From assembly GCF_009914755.1 (NCBI RefSeq), contig NC_060926.1: 64,000 nucleotides of DNA; one strand, 5' to 3'. This DNA comes from the human T2T-CHM13v2.0 reference genome, Homo sapiens. The notes under the pieces were generated by a model that was not told where the DNA came from, ran no database searches, and saw nothing but the letters and a program-made list of their open reading frames with translations. This document shows positions 46,015 through 61,895 of this stretch, one piece after another (positions within the stretch are counted from its first letter, which is position 1; the number at the start of each line of letters is the position of its first letter). Both the position numbers and the translations under genes were made by a program.

Positions 46015-46023
<9 letters not shown>
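45933..46023 (+). repeat. 91-bp direct repeat, copy B (overlaps the Alu 5' end)
   Basis: AGTCCAACTAGCATGCC...GAATGAGGCCCAGCA; the last 9 nt are the start of the Alu. Confidence 0.96.
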
Positions 46024-46682
<659 letters not shown>

Positions 46683-47307
46683 AGAAAGATTTTTTAGAAG
46701 TATAAAGGCTTTGTTTTAAGACAACCAAAGATGATCATACGTCTCTTGCTAAACATATTAATTTCATCCATGCATCTCATAGCAAGCATTTTTTTTGCAT
46801 TTAAATTCACTCACTCTAAAATATATCAAAGTTCTTATTCTTGGAGAGGTGAAATATAAGCACTGTCAAATCAATAAATTAATTTGTAAACACTTATATT
46901 TGCATAAGTTAACCTCAACAAATCATTTTTGAAAGTGACAGAATTGTCAGAATTGGTTTGATTTATGACTCTTGCCCATGATAAGGAAATAGTACCAAAA
47001 AGATTAAAAGGGACTGCTTTTGAAACATTTATTACCCTCCTCCTTCTTTTTTTTTCCAAATGAAAGCATTTAATCTAATCATCTCCATAACATATGATGT
47101 ATACAGTGGTGATGAATATACTGACGTATACCATGCATTCAGATTCCTATTTTTAGAGATTACATAAGAAAGAAGTAGTACATTCAACTTAAATTCTTCT
47201 TAGCCATAACAATTATTATTTGAAATCTTACCCCTAGAATAGTTTTCGGTGGAAAACTGGCTATATGAAATAAAACATTACCTTTTCAATCATTTCTATG
47301 ATGAGCC

Positions 47308-49001
47308 AGTATCTTAGTTCATTCAGGTGGCTATAACAGAATACCATAAACTGGGTAGCTTATAAGCAACAGAAATTTGTTTCTCACAGTTCTAAAGGAT
47401 TGGACCATGAGCAAGGTGTTGACACATTCCATGTCTAGTGAGGCCCACCTGCTTTCTGTTTGATAGATAGTGCCTTTTGGCACGGTAGAAGGGAACAAGA
47501 CAGCTATCTAGCACTAATCCCATTCATGACCTAATGACCACCCAAAGGCACCACCTCCTAACACTATCACCTTAAGAGTTAGGATTTCAAAATACAGATT
47601 TTGGGGAGGACCCAAGCATTCAGACCACAGCGTTTCACCCCGACACTCTCAAATTCATGTTCTTCTTACATGCAAAATACATTTGTTCTACTCCAACAGC
47701 CCCAAAAATCTTAACTCATTTCAGAATCTACCTTAAAGTCCAAGTTCAATGTCTCATCTAAACATGATCTAAATCAGATATGGGTGAGACTCAAGGTACA
47801 ATTCATTCTGAGGCAAATTTCTCTCCACCTGTGAATCTGTGAAATCAGACCTGTTGTGTGTTTACAAATTACAATGATGGGGTAGACACGTAACATTAGC
47901 ATTCTAGAAGGGAGAAACATTGAAGAAGAACTGGGGCAATAGGATCCAAGTAAGTCCAGAATAATAAAGCTTGAGAATAATCTTTGACTTGAGGATCTGC
48001 CCTCTGGGCCCTCTGGGGTCATAGCCCTGCCCACATGGCTTTGGGAAGCCCCACCCTTGTAGTGTCTTCAGTGTCTCTGTGCCTGAGCCTCCTTGCCATG
48101 CTATTGTGATTGTCTGTGATGGCCCCCACCTCTGCAGCAGCTCTGTGCCTGGGTCTTAGCGCTCATGGCTTTTCTGGGCTTGAATCTTGCGCTGGTGATG
48201 ATCAGTAGTCTCCGAGCAGCCCTGTCCTTATAGTTCCATGGAGCATTTCCCTAGTGGAATGTCTCTGTGGAGACTCTGACAATGAGGCAATTTTCTTTCT
48301 GGGCCCTACATTTCTCCAGGGAGTCCTTCTAAATCTAGATAGAAGCAGCCACATTCCCACAACTTTGCTGGGTACAGTGCATGCTGTACCTGGGTCAGCT
48401 GGAGCCATCCTAGGTCAGATGAGCTGGTACTTGGGTCAGCTGGAGCCATACCTGGGTCAGCCATACCTGGGTCAGCCCCATACCTGGGTCAATTGAGGAG
48501 TACAGCAACAGAGTGCAGGAAGCAGAGCCCATGATCTGAGGTGGTGCTGGGCAGCCCTGGCCCCTCCTTTGAAGTTGTTCTGCCCTAAGACCCAGTACTC
48601 TGGCCCTGTGATAGGAGGGGCAGCTCCTGATGATCTTTGAAATGCCTTAGGGGCCATTCTTTCATTGTCCTGATGAATAGCACCTGACTATTCATACCAA
48701 TTTCTTTATCAAATAGTCACTTGGCCACACCTTAGTATTCTTTCCAGAACACACTTTCTTATTCCTTTTAATATGGATAGGCTGAGAATTTTCCAATTTT
48801 TAAAGTGTTGCTTTCCTTCAGATTAAAATATTTTAAATTCTCTCTTTTTACTGTAAGCAAAAATAAATCATATTTTTTTCAAATGTAGTTCACTCACAAG
48901 TTCTACCTTCCACAAAATACTGGGACTCAAAGACAATTCGGCCAAGTTGTATGCCACTTTATAACACTTTTAGGAGGACACAAATATTCGAATTAGCGTA
49001 C
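47308..49001 (-). mobile_element. MLT1A-type MaLR provirus remnant: LTR (47308-47632), internal sequence and a short second-LTR stub
   Basis: LTR motifs as at 23548. The internal part begins 'TTTCACCCC...AAATTCATGTTCTTCTTACATGCAAAATACATT' and has MaLR-internal motifs. It ends with the stub 'TTTTAGGAGGACACAAATATTC'. Confidence 0.78.
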
Positions 49002-49629
49002 CCATTATATGATTAAAACTAAAATTCTCTTTGGGTCATATGCCCCTTAGAAATCTTTAAAGAAATATATGGATGAAAAGTTTAGAATGATTGATCAAGA
49101 GGAACCTAGATTACAATAAGATAAACTCATACTATTTCACTAATTATACTGTAACATGTATTTTTCATAATGGTTTGTTATTCAATCACAAAATAATCTT
49201 TTTAGTATGGTTCCTATATAAAATGAAATGTAACATTTATCCTGTGATATTTAAAATTGTCACCTGAGTAGTATGTGAAAGGGATTTTTTTCTTTAAGCA
49301 ATATATTAAGCATCAAAGACACATGCATAATTTGAAATAGTTTCAGTTCATTTCCTCCTTTTTATCTTTTCTAACAGAGCATTTATATGTTGTTCATTAC
49401 TAATCATTCAAGAAGAAAACATTCTCATATTCTTATATTAACAGGAAATTGAATATGGACCATTACAATGAGGGTCTATAGTAATTTAATATGACAAAGA
49501 CCGTTAGAAAGCTTCAAAATTATTTTTAAGGAAAACACTAACCACCTCATTTATTTGTGATTTTTTTTTTTTTTGTAAGGGAATCCAAAAGTACAATATA
49601 GTGATATTGTGATAAGACTCCCTATCCAT

Positions 49630-49957
<328 letters not shown>

Positions 49958-50751
49958 CTCCCTATCCATTTTGAGAAACTACAATTGAGTAGCAAGGTGT
50001 CAGAAAGTACAATCAGTTCTTATATCAAGATTCTTACATGGTAGAATTGCTGGTTTAGAAAAATCAGTTCAAATTTAAACGATAATCTGATCAACTCCTT
50101 CTTGGAAAAATAAACCTTATTATTCATAACTTTTTAAAATTTATATTAGTCAATCATTATTTATTAGGTTTTACAAAAAACATAAGCAAAAAGTATAGTA
50201 AACTGTTGATTACATTTTACAATACTCTCTTGTGAACAAAGAAGAAATAATAATATAGAATGCTTACATGCTTATGTTCATGTATGAAGTTTCCTCAGTT
50301 GTGTTGGGCTAATGTAAATTGCCCAAACTTCTTCTAAATGGCAGAAAATTAGATCACAATGTGGATGAACAAACAGAAATATCTCTACATCATTACTTTA
50401 TATAACCAGAAGTATAAGCATATATTCCCGTTTGAAGTATTTTGTTAACAATTAACTTTGCTAAATATTTGTAGGTATTTTATTGATAAATGGAAAGTGC
50501 TAATTTTTCAAATCAATTAGAATATTTCAATAAACAATAAAAGTTGATTTCTAATTTCTCCCAATATTACACCTGGTAAATTGCTCCAGATTTTATAATA
50601 CAAATTGGAGCAGATGGGACTGTGAGAGTGGCTCTGACTGTGGCAAATCAATTTTCTTTAAACATTTCCTGTGCCAGGGTAGGGCCCACTCCCATCATGT
50701 CTTCCCTAGAGAACGCCACCGCAGCTTCACCCTTCCTTAAAAATAATTTTG

Positions 50752-51048
50752 GGCTGGGCGTGATGGCTCACACCTGTAATCCCGGCACTTTGGGAGGCTG
50801 AAGCAGGTGGATCACCTGAGGTCAGGAGTTCAAGACCAGGCTGGACAACATGGTGAAATCCCGTCTGTACTAAAAATATAAAAATTAGCTGAGCATAGTG
50901 GTGCACACCTGTAATCCCACCTATTCGGGTGGCTGAGGCTGGGGAATTGCTTCTACTTGGGTGGCAGAGGTTTCAGTGAGCCGAGATCGCGCCATTGCAC
51001 TCCAGCCCGGGCAACAGAACGAAACTCCATCTCAAAAAAAAAAAAAAA
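50752..51048 (+). mobile_element. Alu (AluS)
   Basis: GGCTGGGCGTGATGGCTCAC...CCATCTC plus A15. Confidence 0.92.
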
Positions 51049-51321
51049 TCCTTTGAACACTGGGGACTCTGTGTGCTTTTCTGAGTTTACATTTTGTCAT
51101 CTAACCTCAGGAATAATAATATTCCCTCCCATTCTTCTTCAGTTTGCATAATTATGACTGTATTAATGTTTCTATCCTAATTCTCAACCAACTTGGCAGT
51201 CAAAAAATATATATTAAAAAGCTCAGAGCGTTTGCTATGAAAATCAGGCTAGAAAATGGCCAAATTCCTATAAAAGCTGTAACACCTAAATTCTAACTGT
51301 TTTTACACGTAATTGCACTTG

Positions 51322-52190
51322 TTTAAAATTTTAGGTTCAGTGGGTACACATGTATGTTTGTTACATGGGTATATTGCATAATGCTGAGGTTTGGGCTTCT
51401 AATGCTCTCATTGCCCAAGTAGTGAATATAGTACATGATAGATAGTTTTTCAACCCTTTCCCTCCATTCACCCTCCCCATTTTTGGAATCCCCAATGTTT
51501 GCATCTGACAAAGGACTGATATCCAGAGTCTATAAAGAACTTCAACAAAACAACAAGAAAAAAAAAAAAACAAATAACCCCATTAAAAAGTGGGCAAAGG
51601 ACATAAACAGACATTTCTCAAAAGAAGATGTATAACCAGCCAAGGAACTTATGAAACACTAGCATCATCACTAGCATCATCAGAAAGATGCTAATCAGAG
51701 TCACAATGAGATGCCATCTCATACAAGTTAAGATGGCTATTATTAAAAAGTCAGAAAATAACAGATGTTGCTAAGGTTGTGGAGAAAATGGAACGCTTAT
51801 GTGCTGTTGGTGGGAATGCAAATTAGTTCAGCCCCTGTGAAAGCAGTTTGGAGATTTCTCAAAGTACTAAAATTAGAATTACTGTTCAACCCAGTAATCC
51901 TATTAGTGGATATTCAACTAAAGGAAAATAAATCATTTTACCAAAAAGACACCTACACTCATATGTTTATCACAGCACTATTCACAATAGCAAATACATG
52001 GAATCAACTCAGCTACTCATCAGTGATAGATACACCATAGAATATTACACAGCCATAAAAGAGAACAAAACCTTTACAGCAACATGGATGCAGCTGGAGG
52101 CCACTATCCTAAGCAAATTAACACAGTAACAGAAAACCAAATACCACACATTATCACTTATAAGTGGAAACCATTGGGTACACATGAACA
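51322..52190 (-). mobile_element. 5'-inverted L1 (L1PB-like)
   Basis: 51322-51498 is the antisense 3' terminus; 51499-52190 is the sense ORF2 end and 3'UTR start. Degenerate TSD taattgcacttgttt / taattgtacattttt. Confidence 0.85.
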
Positions 52191-52651
52191 TAATTGTACA
52201 TTTTTGTACATTTTTATTCTATATTCTTGCCATCTTTATCTTCTAGGTTATAGGAAGCATTATGATCTGTCACTTAAGCTATATTAGATTTTGGAGTATG
52301 TGTTTTAAAGTAATTCAATTTCCTGTATATGTCAAGGGAAGATCACCTAATTCTGACCCTTAAAAAGCCCTGTTTTGAAAAATTTTAATAGTCATTCACA
52401 CTTCTAGAAACACTTCTTCACAAACTCTAGTTTCTTTGTTCTTGCTAACATCAATTAGTAGTAAGAATTATATAATATTTTATCAATGTATTCTAAGAGA
52501 AGACAATGCCTCCAAGATAGTAAAGACATGTGGATCAAAATTAGGGATAAAATTCCAATATGTATTATAAATTTTAATAACTATTTGAAATCATTTTATG
52601 TTTATCATGTCATTTAAAAATACTACCAGTGTTTATAAAATTATTCAGTGA

Positions 52652-53113
52652 TATTAAAGAATGATAAGGCAGGCATTAATCAGGATCATCATGATAGGTA
52701 TAGAAACCACTGCAATGAGGTTTTGTGGTGGGGAGAGAGATTGGGCTCGACTCCAAATATAACAAGGAAAAATGATAATTTATAGCCAAGGAACAGTGTG
52801 TGTGGCAAGGGGTCAGCGGATGGAAAATTGCTAAGAAGAAACATGAGGAGTAAGGAGGAATTCTGGCTAAACTGACATAAAAGGATTCTTGCTGAAGACA
52901 GGCCAGGAGATCAGACAACACCTGTGGGATGGGGTATGGTGGAGGATGAGGAACCCGATTAGATTTTGAGAGTGACCAGATACTAGCATGAAGCAGTATT
53001 CTTGCTAGAATTAAACAATGCAGAAATAAACATGGAAGCTCAAAAGTCAAAGCCTGGTTGAGCAAAGAGTTCAGAGGAGGCTGAGTAGGTTCAGTCGGGA
53101 GAGAATATTGTCA
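52652..53113 (-). mobile_element. ERV1 solo LTR (MER31/MER67-family-like)
   Basis: The minus strand begins TGACAATATTCTCTCCCGACTGAACCTACTCAGCCTCCTCTGAACTC; subfamily uncertain. Confidence 0.65.
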
Positions 53114-54801
53114 TCATGTTTAAAATTCATTGCTCTGTATATCTCAATTATGTTTGAAATTTTATTCATATTTTTAAAAGTAATGCAAAGAAACAGCTTT
53201 CACCATTACAAAATTTGGCTTTCAGCATATAAAAAACAAAAGAAGACCTCTAATACCAGCAGAACTATAACAGAAAAACAGCTTTACTCTGAATATTAAA
53301 GTGCAATTATAAAAATTTAAAAACAATCACATGCACACACATAATGATAAAGTAGATCTACCTGCTTTACTCGTGTAAAATAAATATCTTTATGTCTCAG
53401 ATTGAATCGCTCTAGTGTTTATTATATCTGTCTTGTATTTTAGATTTTTATTAGGAAAAATTAAATAAAGGGTTTGTAAGTCTACATACTAATATTCTGA
53501 AGTATTTGCTTAAAAAAGAAATACTTTATAAAAGCTTTATAGTTAGTAAATCAAACTATTGGTTGAAAAGTGCAAGTATTTTTAAAACTAAATATATATG
53601 TTTACAATCCTGCCCTACTGCCTGATATTTAATATCTAAAAAACATCCCGCAATCTTAACAATCTAGTAATAGACTAGATGACTCCTTAGTCCCTTTTAG
53701 CAGTTCCTTGGGGACCTGTGGGAAGTCTCTCTTCACAGGAACATCTTCATTTGAAGATAAGAGCTGTTATCCATGTGTGCTCTCCATGAAGGGAGGAGGT
53801 TCAGAGTTTGAATGGTGCTAATGAAGTTCCTTGCTGTGCAACACAGAGCACATGCAATTTGACGTTGATGCAAATGACCCTAAATGGTGTGATCACTTCG
53901 TCAGACTGAATATACTGTTCCTATAGCAGGTGGCTATTCTGCACTGGCAGAAACCGTTTTAACACTTTCTTCCCATTTGAACGCAGCTCTTCTAACAGAC
54001 AAGTATAACATATTGTAATGTATTTTAATGATTTAAAAACTTATATTAATCTCCACTTTAGTAAATACCACCCCCACCCCACCAACACCACCATGTTTTC
54101 CTGAAATTTCTATATTCTTGCTTTTATCTGATTAGGGAAAAACTCAATCCGTATGTATATATATATTTTTACTTGTAGAGAAACACCTAATATACTGATT
54201 TCTCATTCAAAGATTAGCCAATGTCTTTTCCTGGAAGCTGCCTGAGAAGTAAGAAAAACCGAGGTGATACATTGGAGTTCTATTTCAATATGCTTCTTGA
54301 TATTTTCCTGTGTGGCTTCTAATACCCCTGTCAGATTGAACAGTGCATTTTTCTGTAAGTCCATGCTCTTTCCTGGAACCTGACTAGATCCTGCATGCTA
54401 AGATTCTGTATAGACCTTGATCAAATTCATGGACTTATCATCACAATTTTGATTTGGAAAATGCTTTTATCCTTCTCTTTTTAGTTTCCATCCCATCATC
54501 TATGTCTCATTTCTGCTTATGAGCTCTTAATATTACTTGCCTTATAAGTTAAAAGTATACCTTTTTAGGTGCTTTCATTTGCAAAATTTTAGATATATTT
54601 AATTTTGAAATTCAAATAATGTGGTTTGTATTATTTATATTTGTATGTTTCCTGAAGATTTGTGTCAATGTTGTAAGTCATCTGGTTTGCCAGTTTGATT
54701 GCTAATATTTTTCTCTGAAATTCTTGAGAATTATTCCTTCTCTTTTCTAGGTCATCATCCTCTTTCCTATTTAATAATGGTTAACTGGAGAATCAAAGTA
54801 G

Positions 54802-55157
<356 letters not shown>

Positions 55158-55199
55158 ATCCCTGCCACATCTTATTAAACTTCAACTCTTTAGCTTTGA

Positions 55200-55860
55200 G
55201 TCACACATATTTTTCAATGCATCACATTCTTTCCATCTCTACTGGCACTGATGTAGGTCAGACCCTCATCATACCTAGCACAGATTTTAGGAGTCTTTTA
55301 TCTCCTTGTCTTCAACTCTTCGCTTCCTCTTCAATCTAACCTTTGTTTTCCACCCAGTGGTAGCTCTTTCAAAGAAATTTTCTTCTAAATAAAACCTCTC
55401 AGAGATACCCATGACCTACAGATTTAGTTTCAAATTTTTCAGCATGGTAGATAAGGTCCTCTGTGACGTTAAGTTGGGCTAACATAATAGCTCCTCTTTA
55501 TACTTTAAGTTTCATTGCAAGCCTCATGAAGAGTACTTGGAGTTCTTCCTTATGACTGTTGTTTCATGCATTTGTGATTTTTGCGGGGAGAATGGGGGTG
55601 TGCTCACTCTTTTTTCTCTTTCTATACCTGGCAAGCCTCTGTTCATCTTTTAAATCTCAAATATCATTGCCCCCTGAAAATTTCCCATTTCTCTTTGGGT
55701 TTCACTAAGTGATTACTCCTGTGGGTTCCCAGTAAATGTTATCGCAATTCATCATTTACGTTTCTGGCTGCCTCAGTTCTTGAAGCAGGGACTTGGCTGA
55801 TGTATAACCAGGACGTGATAAGGGATAGACACACAGGAGACAATTAACAGATGTTTGCGA
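55200..55860 (+). mobile_element. L2 3' remnant
   Basis: 'ctttccatctctactggcactg...gaccctcatcat', 'tcatcttttaaatctcaaa', 'cttgaagcagggact', 'caattaacagatgtttg' degenerate L2 motifs. Confidence 0.55.
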
Positions 55861-58820
55861 ACTGACACAAACTTTTTCATTCTTTTTAAATCCTTCGTCT
55901 TGAACATATGTTCTTTTAAAATGTATTCTCCAATGTTTCAAAGTACATTTTTTTGTGTGTCTGAATAGAATTAGGATTATAATGATTTTGGAATTAACTT
56001 ACTTTTGCATTGTCCATATCCTTATCTGTCTGTCTGTCTGCCTGCCTGTCTATTTATGTATCTACATTAGCTCAAGGTTTTATATTTATTTTAGAGGGCT
56101 TCCTTGACCTTCTGTAATTAATGTTTTACACATTATGAATGTAACCGTAGCATTCAATAGGTATACTAGATAAGCTTTCTCAAGGAGAAAAAAATAATAT
56201 TCAAATTTTAAATGATAATTTAGAAGCATGATATAATTTAACTTTTGAAGTATGCAAATGATAGGCTGCTATTCCATCAAAATAAAAATAACACATTCAA
56301 AAGAATTCACATTCTAACCTATGAACTTTTCCTTTTATTTCAATGTAACTCTCATGCAATTAATTAAAACTCAGTGGGGTATTGTGGTGAAAATTTTAAT
56401 ATCATGCAGTTACTTTCATTAATAATATCATTTCTTTGGCTAAGTAGAATAACAATTGAGTTTATCCAGCTGGAAAAAGTTAGACAAAGACACATAGGCA
56501 GGTAACTATTGTCTATTAGGTAAGAAGAAATGCAGCTTTTCTTTTAACATATATCAAACGACATATTCTGCATTTTCTAGGATTCCTTTAAACTGTTTTA
56601 TGTGGTAACTGTCAGAAGTTTAGATAATTTAGGTAGTTATGGAGTTAATAGTTTTAGAATATTTCTGTTACAAAACATAAATATCTTTGCGTACCACCTA
56701 TAATGTCATAAAACCCTAGACTAGAAATATCTGTTTGGAGACATTAAATAAATTAAATTGCTACCTTAAGTAATATGGTGGATTTTAAGTTCCAAACAAG
56801 TCAACAAAAATTAGAATTAAAACATTCTGAGGTTTTTTTTACTTTATACTTTGGAAATATTAATCATGTAGTCTTTGTATGTAAATGACAGAAATCACTA
56901 TCATGAAAATTAGATAGCAGTTTTTTTATTAAAATAGAGTATTTATTCTGCAAGTTATTGCATTCATTATCCAACAGTATATTAAAATGTACTTTGATCA
57001 CCATTGTATACTTCATCAATGTGCTTTTGTGCTTCATTAATTAGTAACTGACTGAAAGTTAATGTTCATCCTGTGTCAGTCTGCTCTAGATACATCATTT
57101 TGCTATTCAAGGCCAAATCACAAAATGATTATAAATTACCAGCAGCATTTATTTGTTTTACTTCTCATTATGACAAATTCAAAGATCAAACTGATAGCAT
57201 ATCACATACATAGAATAATACATTTTAATTTAATAAGCAATAGGCCAGGCACATTTCTCTATGGGGAATAATAAATGAATTGATTGAAAGCAGAAGGAGG
57301 TTGTAAGCTTTTTGATAATGGTGCAGAGCTTTTACATGTTGATTTGAACTTTGAAAAAATATGTAATATCCTTGTCTTTCTCATGAAATATGATGTATTT
57401 TAGATTTTGGTTTCTTGAGGGTACTTTAAGGGTTATCTTTTCTTGAAATAACATTTATTTAGGCCTTTAGTTACACAGATTTGCATTGTTGGTAGTCTTC
57501 ATTCAGATCACACTAATTTTATTTCAAACCATACTCACTTTTGATTATGAAACATAAAGGTTGAAATCCTTCAAATCTGAGGCATCTCTCTGACCTAAAT
57601 TTCAGATGACATTTAAGAATATGATTAAACAAATTTTCAAATAAAAACAGCTGGAGTGCAACAGTTTTCGTACTTTTAGATACTTTATTTTGCCACTGGG
57701 GAAATTATAGTAAATTAAGATTAAGGATTCTAAGTGAAACTCTATAATCCTAGTGGGTTGTTTGGTATTGGAAGGTAAGGAAAAGATTGTTGAAAGTCAA
57801 AGACAAAGATTGAGCTCTCAGATCAGTATACACCAATTGTAGAGACAATGTAGCTGGCTATCCAAGTTAATGGCATTAGACCTCTGAAATTAAACACGTT
57901 GCCTTCAGTATGAATCTGTAGTCACCAAGCAAACTTCTGATTATTTGACCCCCTCCTAGTTTTTTTTTCTTGCAAGGAGAAAATATAGGGTCAGTTATAC
58001 AAACAGCTATAATTACTTTTCTCTTTATAAAAAGGGTGGAGGTTACAAAAGCATTTTGCGGAGACTTATGAAATAAAATGGTGAGAATGCAAGTGAAAAA
58101 GACATTACAAGACACCAAAGACTGGCTTTTTAAACAGGCACAATCTGAAATAAAATTGATATGAGAATATGCCTCAGCAGAAGTGACCTTGTCACAAAGT
58201 TTTCCAACAGAGCTTTGCAATTCAGTAGAGGTGACTCACTGAAGAAGATGCCTAAATCTAATTTATTTTTAATAAAATTTATTCATTCATTCACATGTTG
58301 ATTGGTAATTCAACACATATTTACTACATTTTTATTCAAAGTATTTTGCTGGTCACTGGAGCTACAGTATTAGCCATACATTCCAGAACTTTCTTCTCAA
58401 GTTGCTTATAGTCTTCCTACAGCATTGTAGAATATAGTCAATATATATTTTTATGACTTCTTTCCATCCTTAATTTACCTTAAGTCCTCGTTCTTGCCAA
58501 CCACAGTTCTACAAACAACAACATTTCAAAATAATTTATTTAACAGTTATCATAAATATAATGAATCATATGTGCTTAAATAAAACACACATCCAGTAAT
58601 TTCTAAATTCTAGAAATTTACTGAAACAAGATTTTAATTCAAAACTTCATCTTGCTATATTATAATTTCTTTTTTTGCTCAAGTTAATTTACATAAGTGT
58701 CACTTTTGGCCAATGAAATATAGTAGCTAAAGTCTATGCGCCTTGTTTCTCCAAAATCTTTACAAATGCCGCTATTTCATTTAAGAAAAAAAAATTTTGT
58801 TACATATTTTGCAAAAAGCT

Positions 58821-59390
58821 TGAAGGAAATAAAAACTTTAAATCTTTTGCCCCCCCAAAAACTTCTCTGACATATTTTAAGATGGCTATTCAGAGGGCCT
58901 GCAAACAGAAGTATGCAAAGCTATATTTTATGGGGGAGATTTGCATCTGTCGAGAAAATCTGCCTTGATGCAGCCAGGCTTTCTCTGAGGCTCTCCCTTT
59001 TTCAATTTTGGAAAGATTAACTGAGAATCTGGCACATTTAAAAGTCTGAAACATTTACCATTTATTCTCTCTGAGGGCTGCTATCTTTGAGGTTTCATCT
59101 ACATAAAAAGACCACCTTTGCTAGCCAGGCTTCCTCTCTCTTCCTCCCATAACCTGTCTTACCATCATCATCTGGTTTTGGCCATGCTCTGAGCCCCAAT
59201 TATTTCTGTAATCTCAAGATGTTATATAAACTTCTGTACCCCATTAAGTGGTTGGAGTAATTATTCTGTGGTTCTCCCCTGTACACATTAATAAATTTGT
59301 ATACCATTTCTTCTATTAATCTGCCTTTGTCAGTTTACTTTTCAGAGAACCTTCAGAGGGTGAAGGGGAAGTTCTCCCTTGGCCTCTATA
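58821..59390 (+). mobile_element. ERV1 (MER4-group) solo LTR
   Basis: TGAAGGAAAT start, TATAAA at ~59225, ATTAATAAA at ~59287 and the terminal 'CTTCAGAGGGTGAAGGGGAAGTTCTCCCTTGGCCTCTA'. Confidence 0.65.
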
Positions 59391-59820
59391 GGTTCCATCA
59401 TAGTTTCCAAATACCAAAATTAATAATGATATTTTACCTATACAGTGAGTAGTTTTAAGATGCCTTTTGAGGTATCAAATTAATATTTATTATTAATGTG
59501 TCAAGCAATGTGTTATTTGTCACAGAGGCAAGATTGCCAGATGCCAGCTTCATTAGAGTGTAAAATTTAGGGTACTAAACATTGATGATCACTGGGAAGA
59601 ATTCCAGATGATTGAAGACTGTGAAGCCAATTGAGTTTTGAGCATTAAATGAAGTGTTATTAAGAATGATCTGACCTCCTCTCATGAATTGTTTCTTATG
59701 TTTTCTCTGTTGTCTCTATTGTAATTTTTGTTCAGTGGAAATTAAAGTCACTCAAGGTCTCAAATTAAATAATAAAATTGAAATTGCACATATTTTCTCC
59801 TTTTGTGGGGAAAGAGGTAC

Positions 59821-59886
59821 TGAGACAGGAATAATACATGGTGGTTGCAGGAGAACAGAAAATTCCAGGCAGCAGTTTCACATGAC
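59821..59886 (+). mobile_element. LTR 5' stub (MER41C/D-like)
   Basis: TGAGACAGGAATAATACATGGTGGTTGCAGGAGAACAGAAAATTCCAGGCAGCAGTTTCACATGAC, then an abrupt end. Confidence 0.55.
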
Positions 59887-60419
59887 ATATTTTGGTAATG
59901 GGTCCTAGAGATGAAACATAACTAATTTTAGTATGTTTCATCATGTTACATAGGCTTCAGTGGGAAAACAAACTCTGTGGACAACCTAGTTACTTATTGC
60001 CTTTGAATATGAAATATTTGACTCAGAAAGTTGACCTTTAAAAAGTATTAGCTTTATATCATCTAAATTGAGCAAATGTGTATAGGAAAGGTTATGTCTC
60101 CTCATGGTCATTCTTTATATTATTAAATTTTAATGATATGTTTATTTGTTCTCTTAGGAGAAATAGTCACAACTAAAATATTCTTTCCAGAATTTAAAGA
60201 CTTGAAAAACAAATATAGTTTTAAAACTCAGTTTACTTGTAATAATCTAAAAACACAAATAGCCTAATGATTACAGAGTGAAGAAGAAGGACAATTCTTA
60301 AGGCAGTATTTCTGGAGGGTTATCTGAGAATTATATGCTGCTTCTTGCTTGCTTTCTTGATACGAACTACAAATTACTTACAATTCCAAACTATTCCCAA
60401 GCTCAACTGACATAAACTA

Positions 60420-61166
<747 letters not shown>

Positions 61167-61895
61167 TATTGGTTTAAAGTTCATACTTAAAATTTTTTTC
61201 TCTTTATATTTTTTAATTTGGCTTTATATAAAATATTGAAATAACTGAATAATTGTTTTAGACTCTTAGCCAATCCCCTTTCTCCAACTCTCCATTTCAA
61301 GCATCCTCCAACTCTCCATTTCAAGAAACCTAACACATACGTTATGCATCTCAGATTTGCAACATTATATTCTTTCTTCCTGAGGAGAGGATAGAATTTT
61401 GAGGATTTTCCAAGTCTTCAGCCATGGATTCTCTGCATCATCTTTTATTTATTCCCTTTTCCTAAGTGGTTCAAAATCATCAATTTTAGAATTAATTTTG
61501 CCTCATTGATATGAAGGTTTTGGATTCCATATATTTGCTTAACAAATGTTCACTGAGCTCTTCTATGTTCCTAGTATTGTGGTAGGTGCTGAATCTGCCT
61601 CACCTGGCTAAATGAAAGTATAGTATAGATAAGGTGTTCTTCCAAAGCTTTATATCTTTCAGTTACCAACTTTCTCCATCCAATTTATGCTGTAATTGTT
61701 TGTGACAATGTGGGAAATAGGAATGATGATGTATTAGTTTGTAGAAGTGTGAATTGTCTGGAGAGAAATTTGGCCGTACTTAGTGACATTAAGCATGCAT
61801 ATTCCTTGGACTCCAATTATTGAATTTTTACCCGAGAGAAATTTTAGCAGAAGTTTAAAGACACTCTCTGTCCTTTTCCTTTTCTCGCTATGTGT

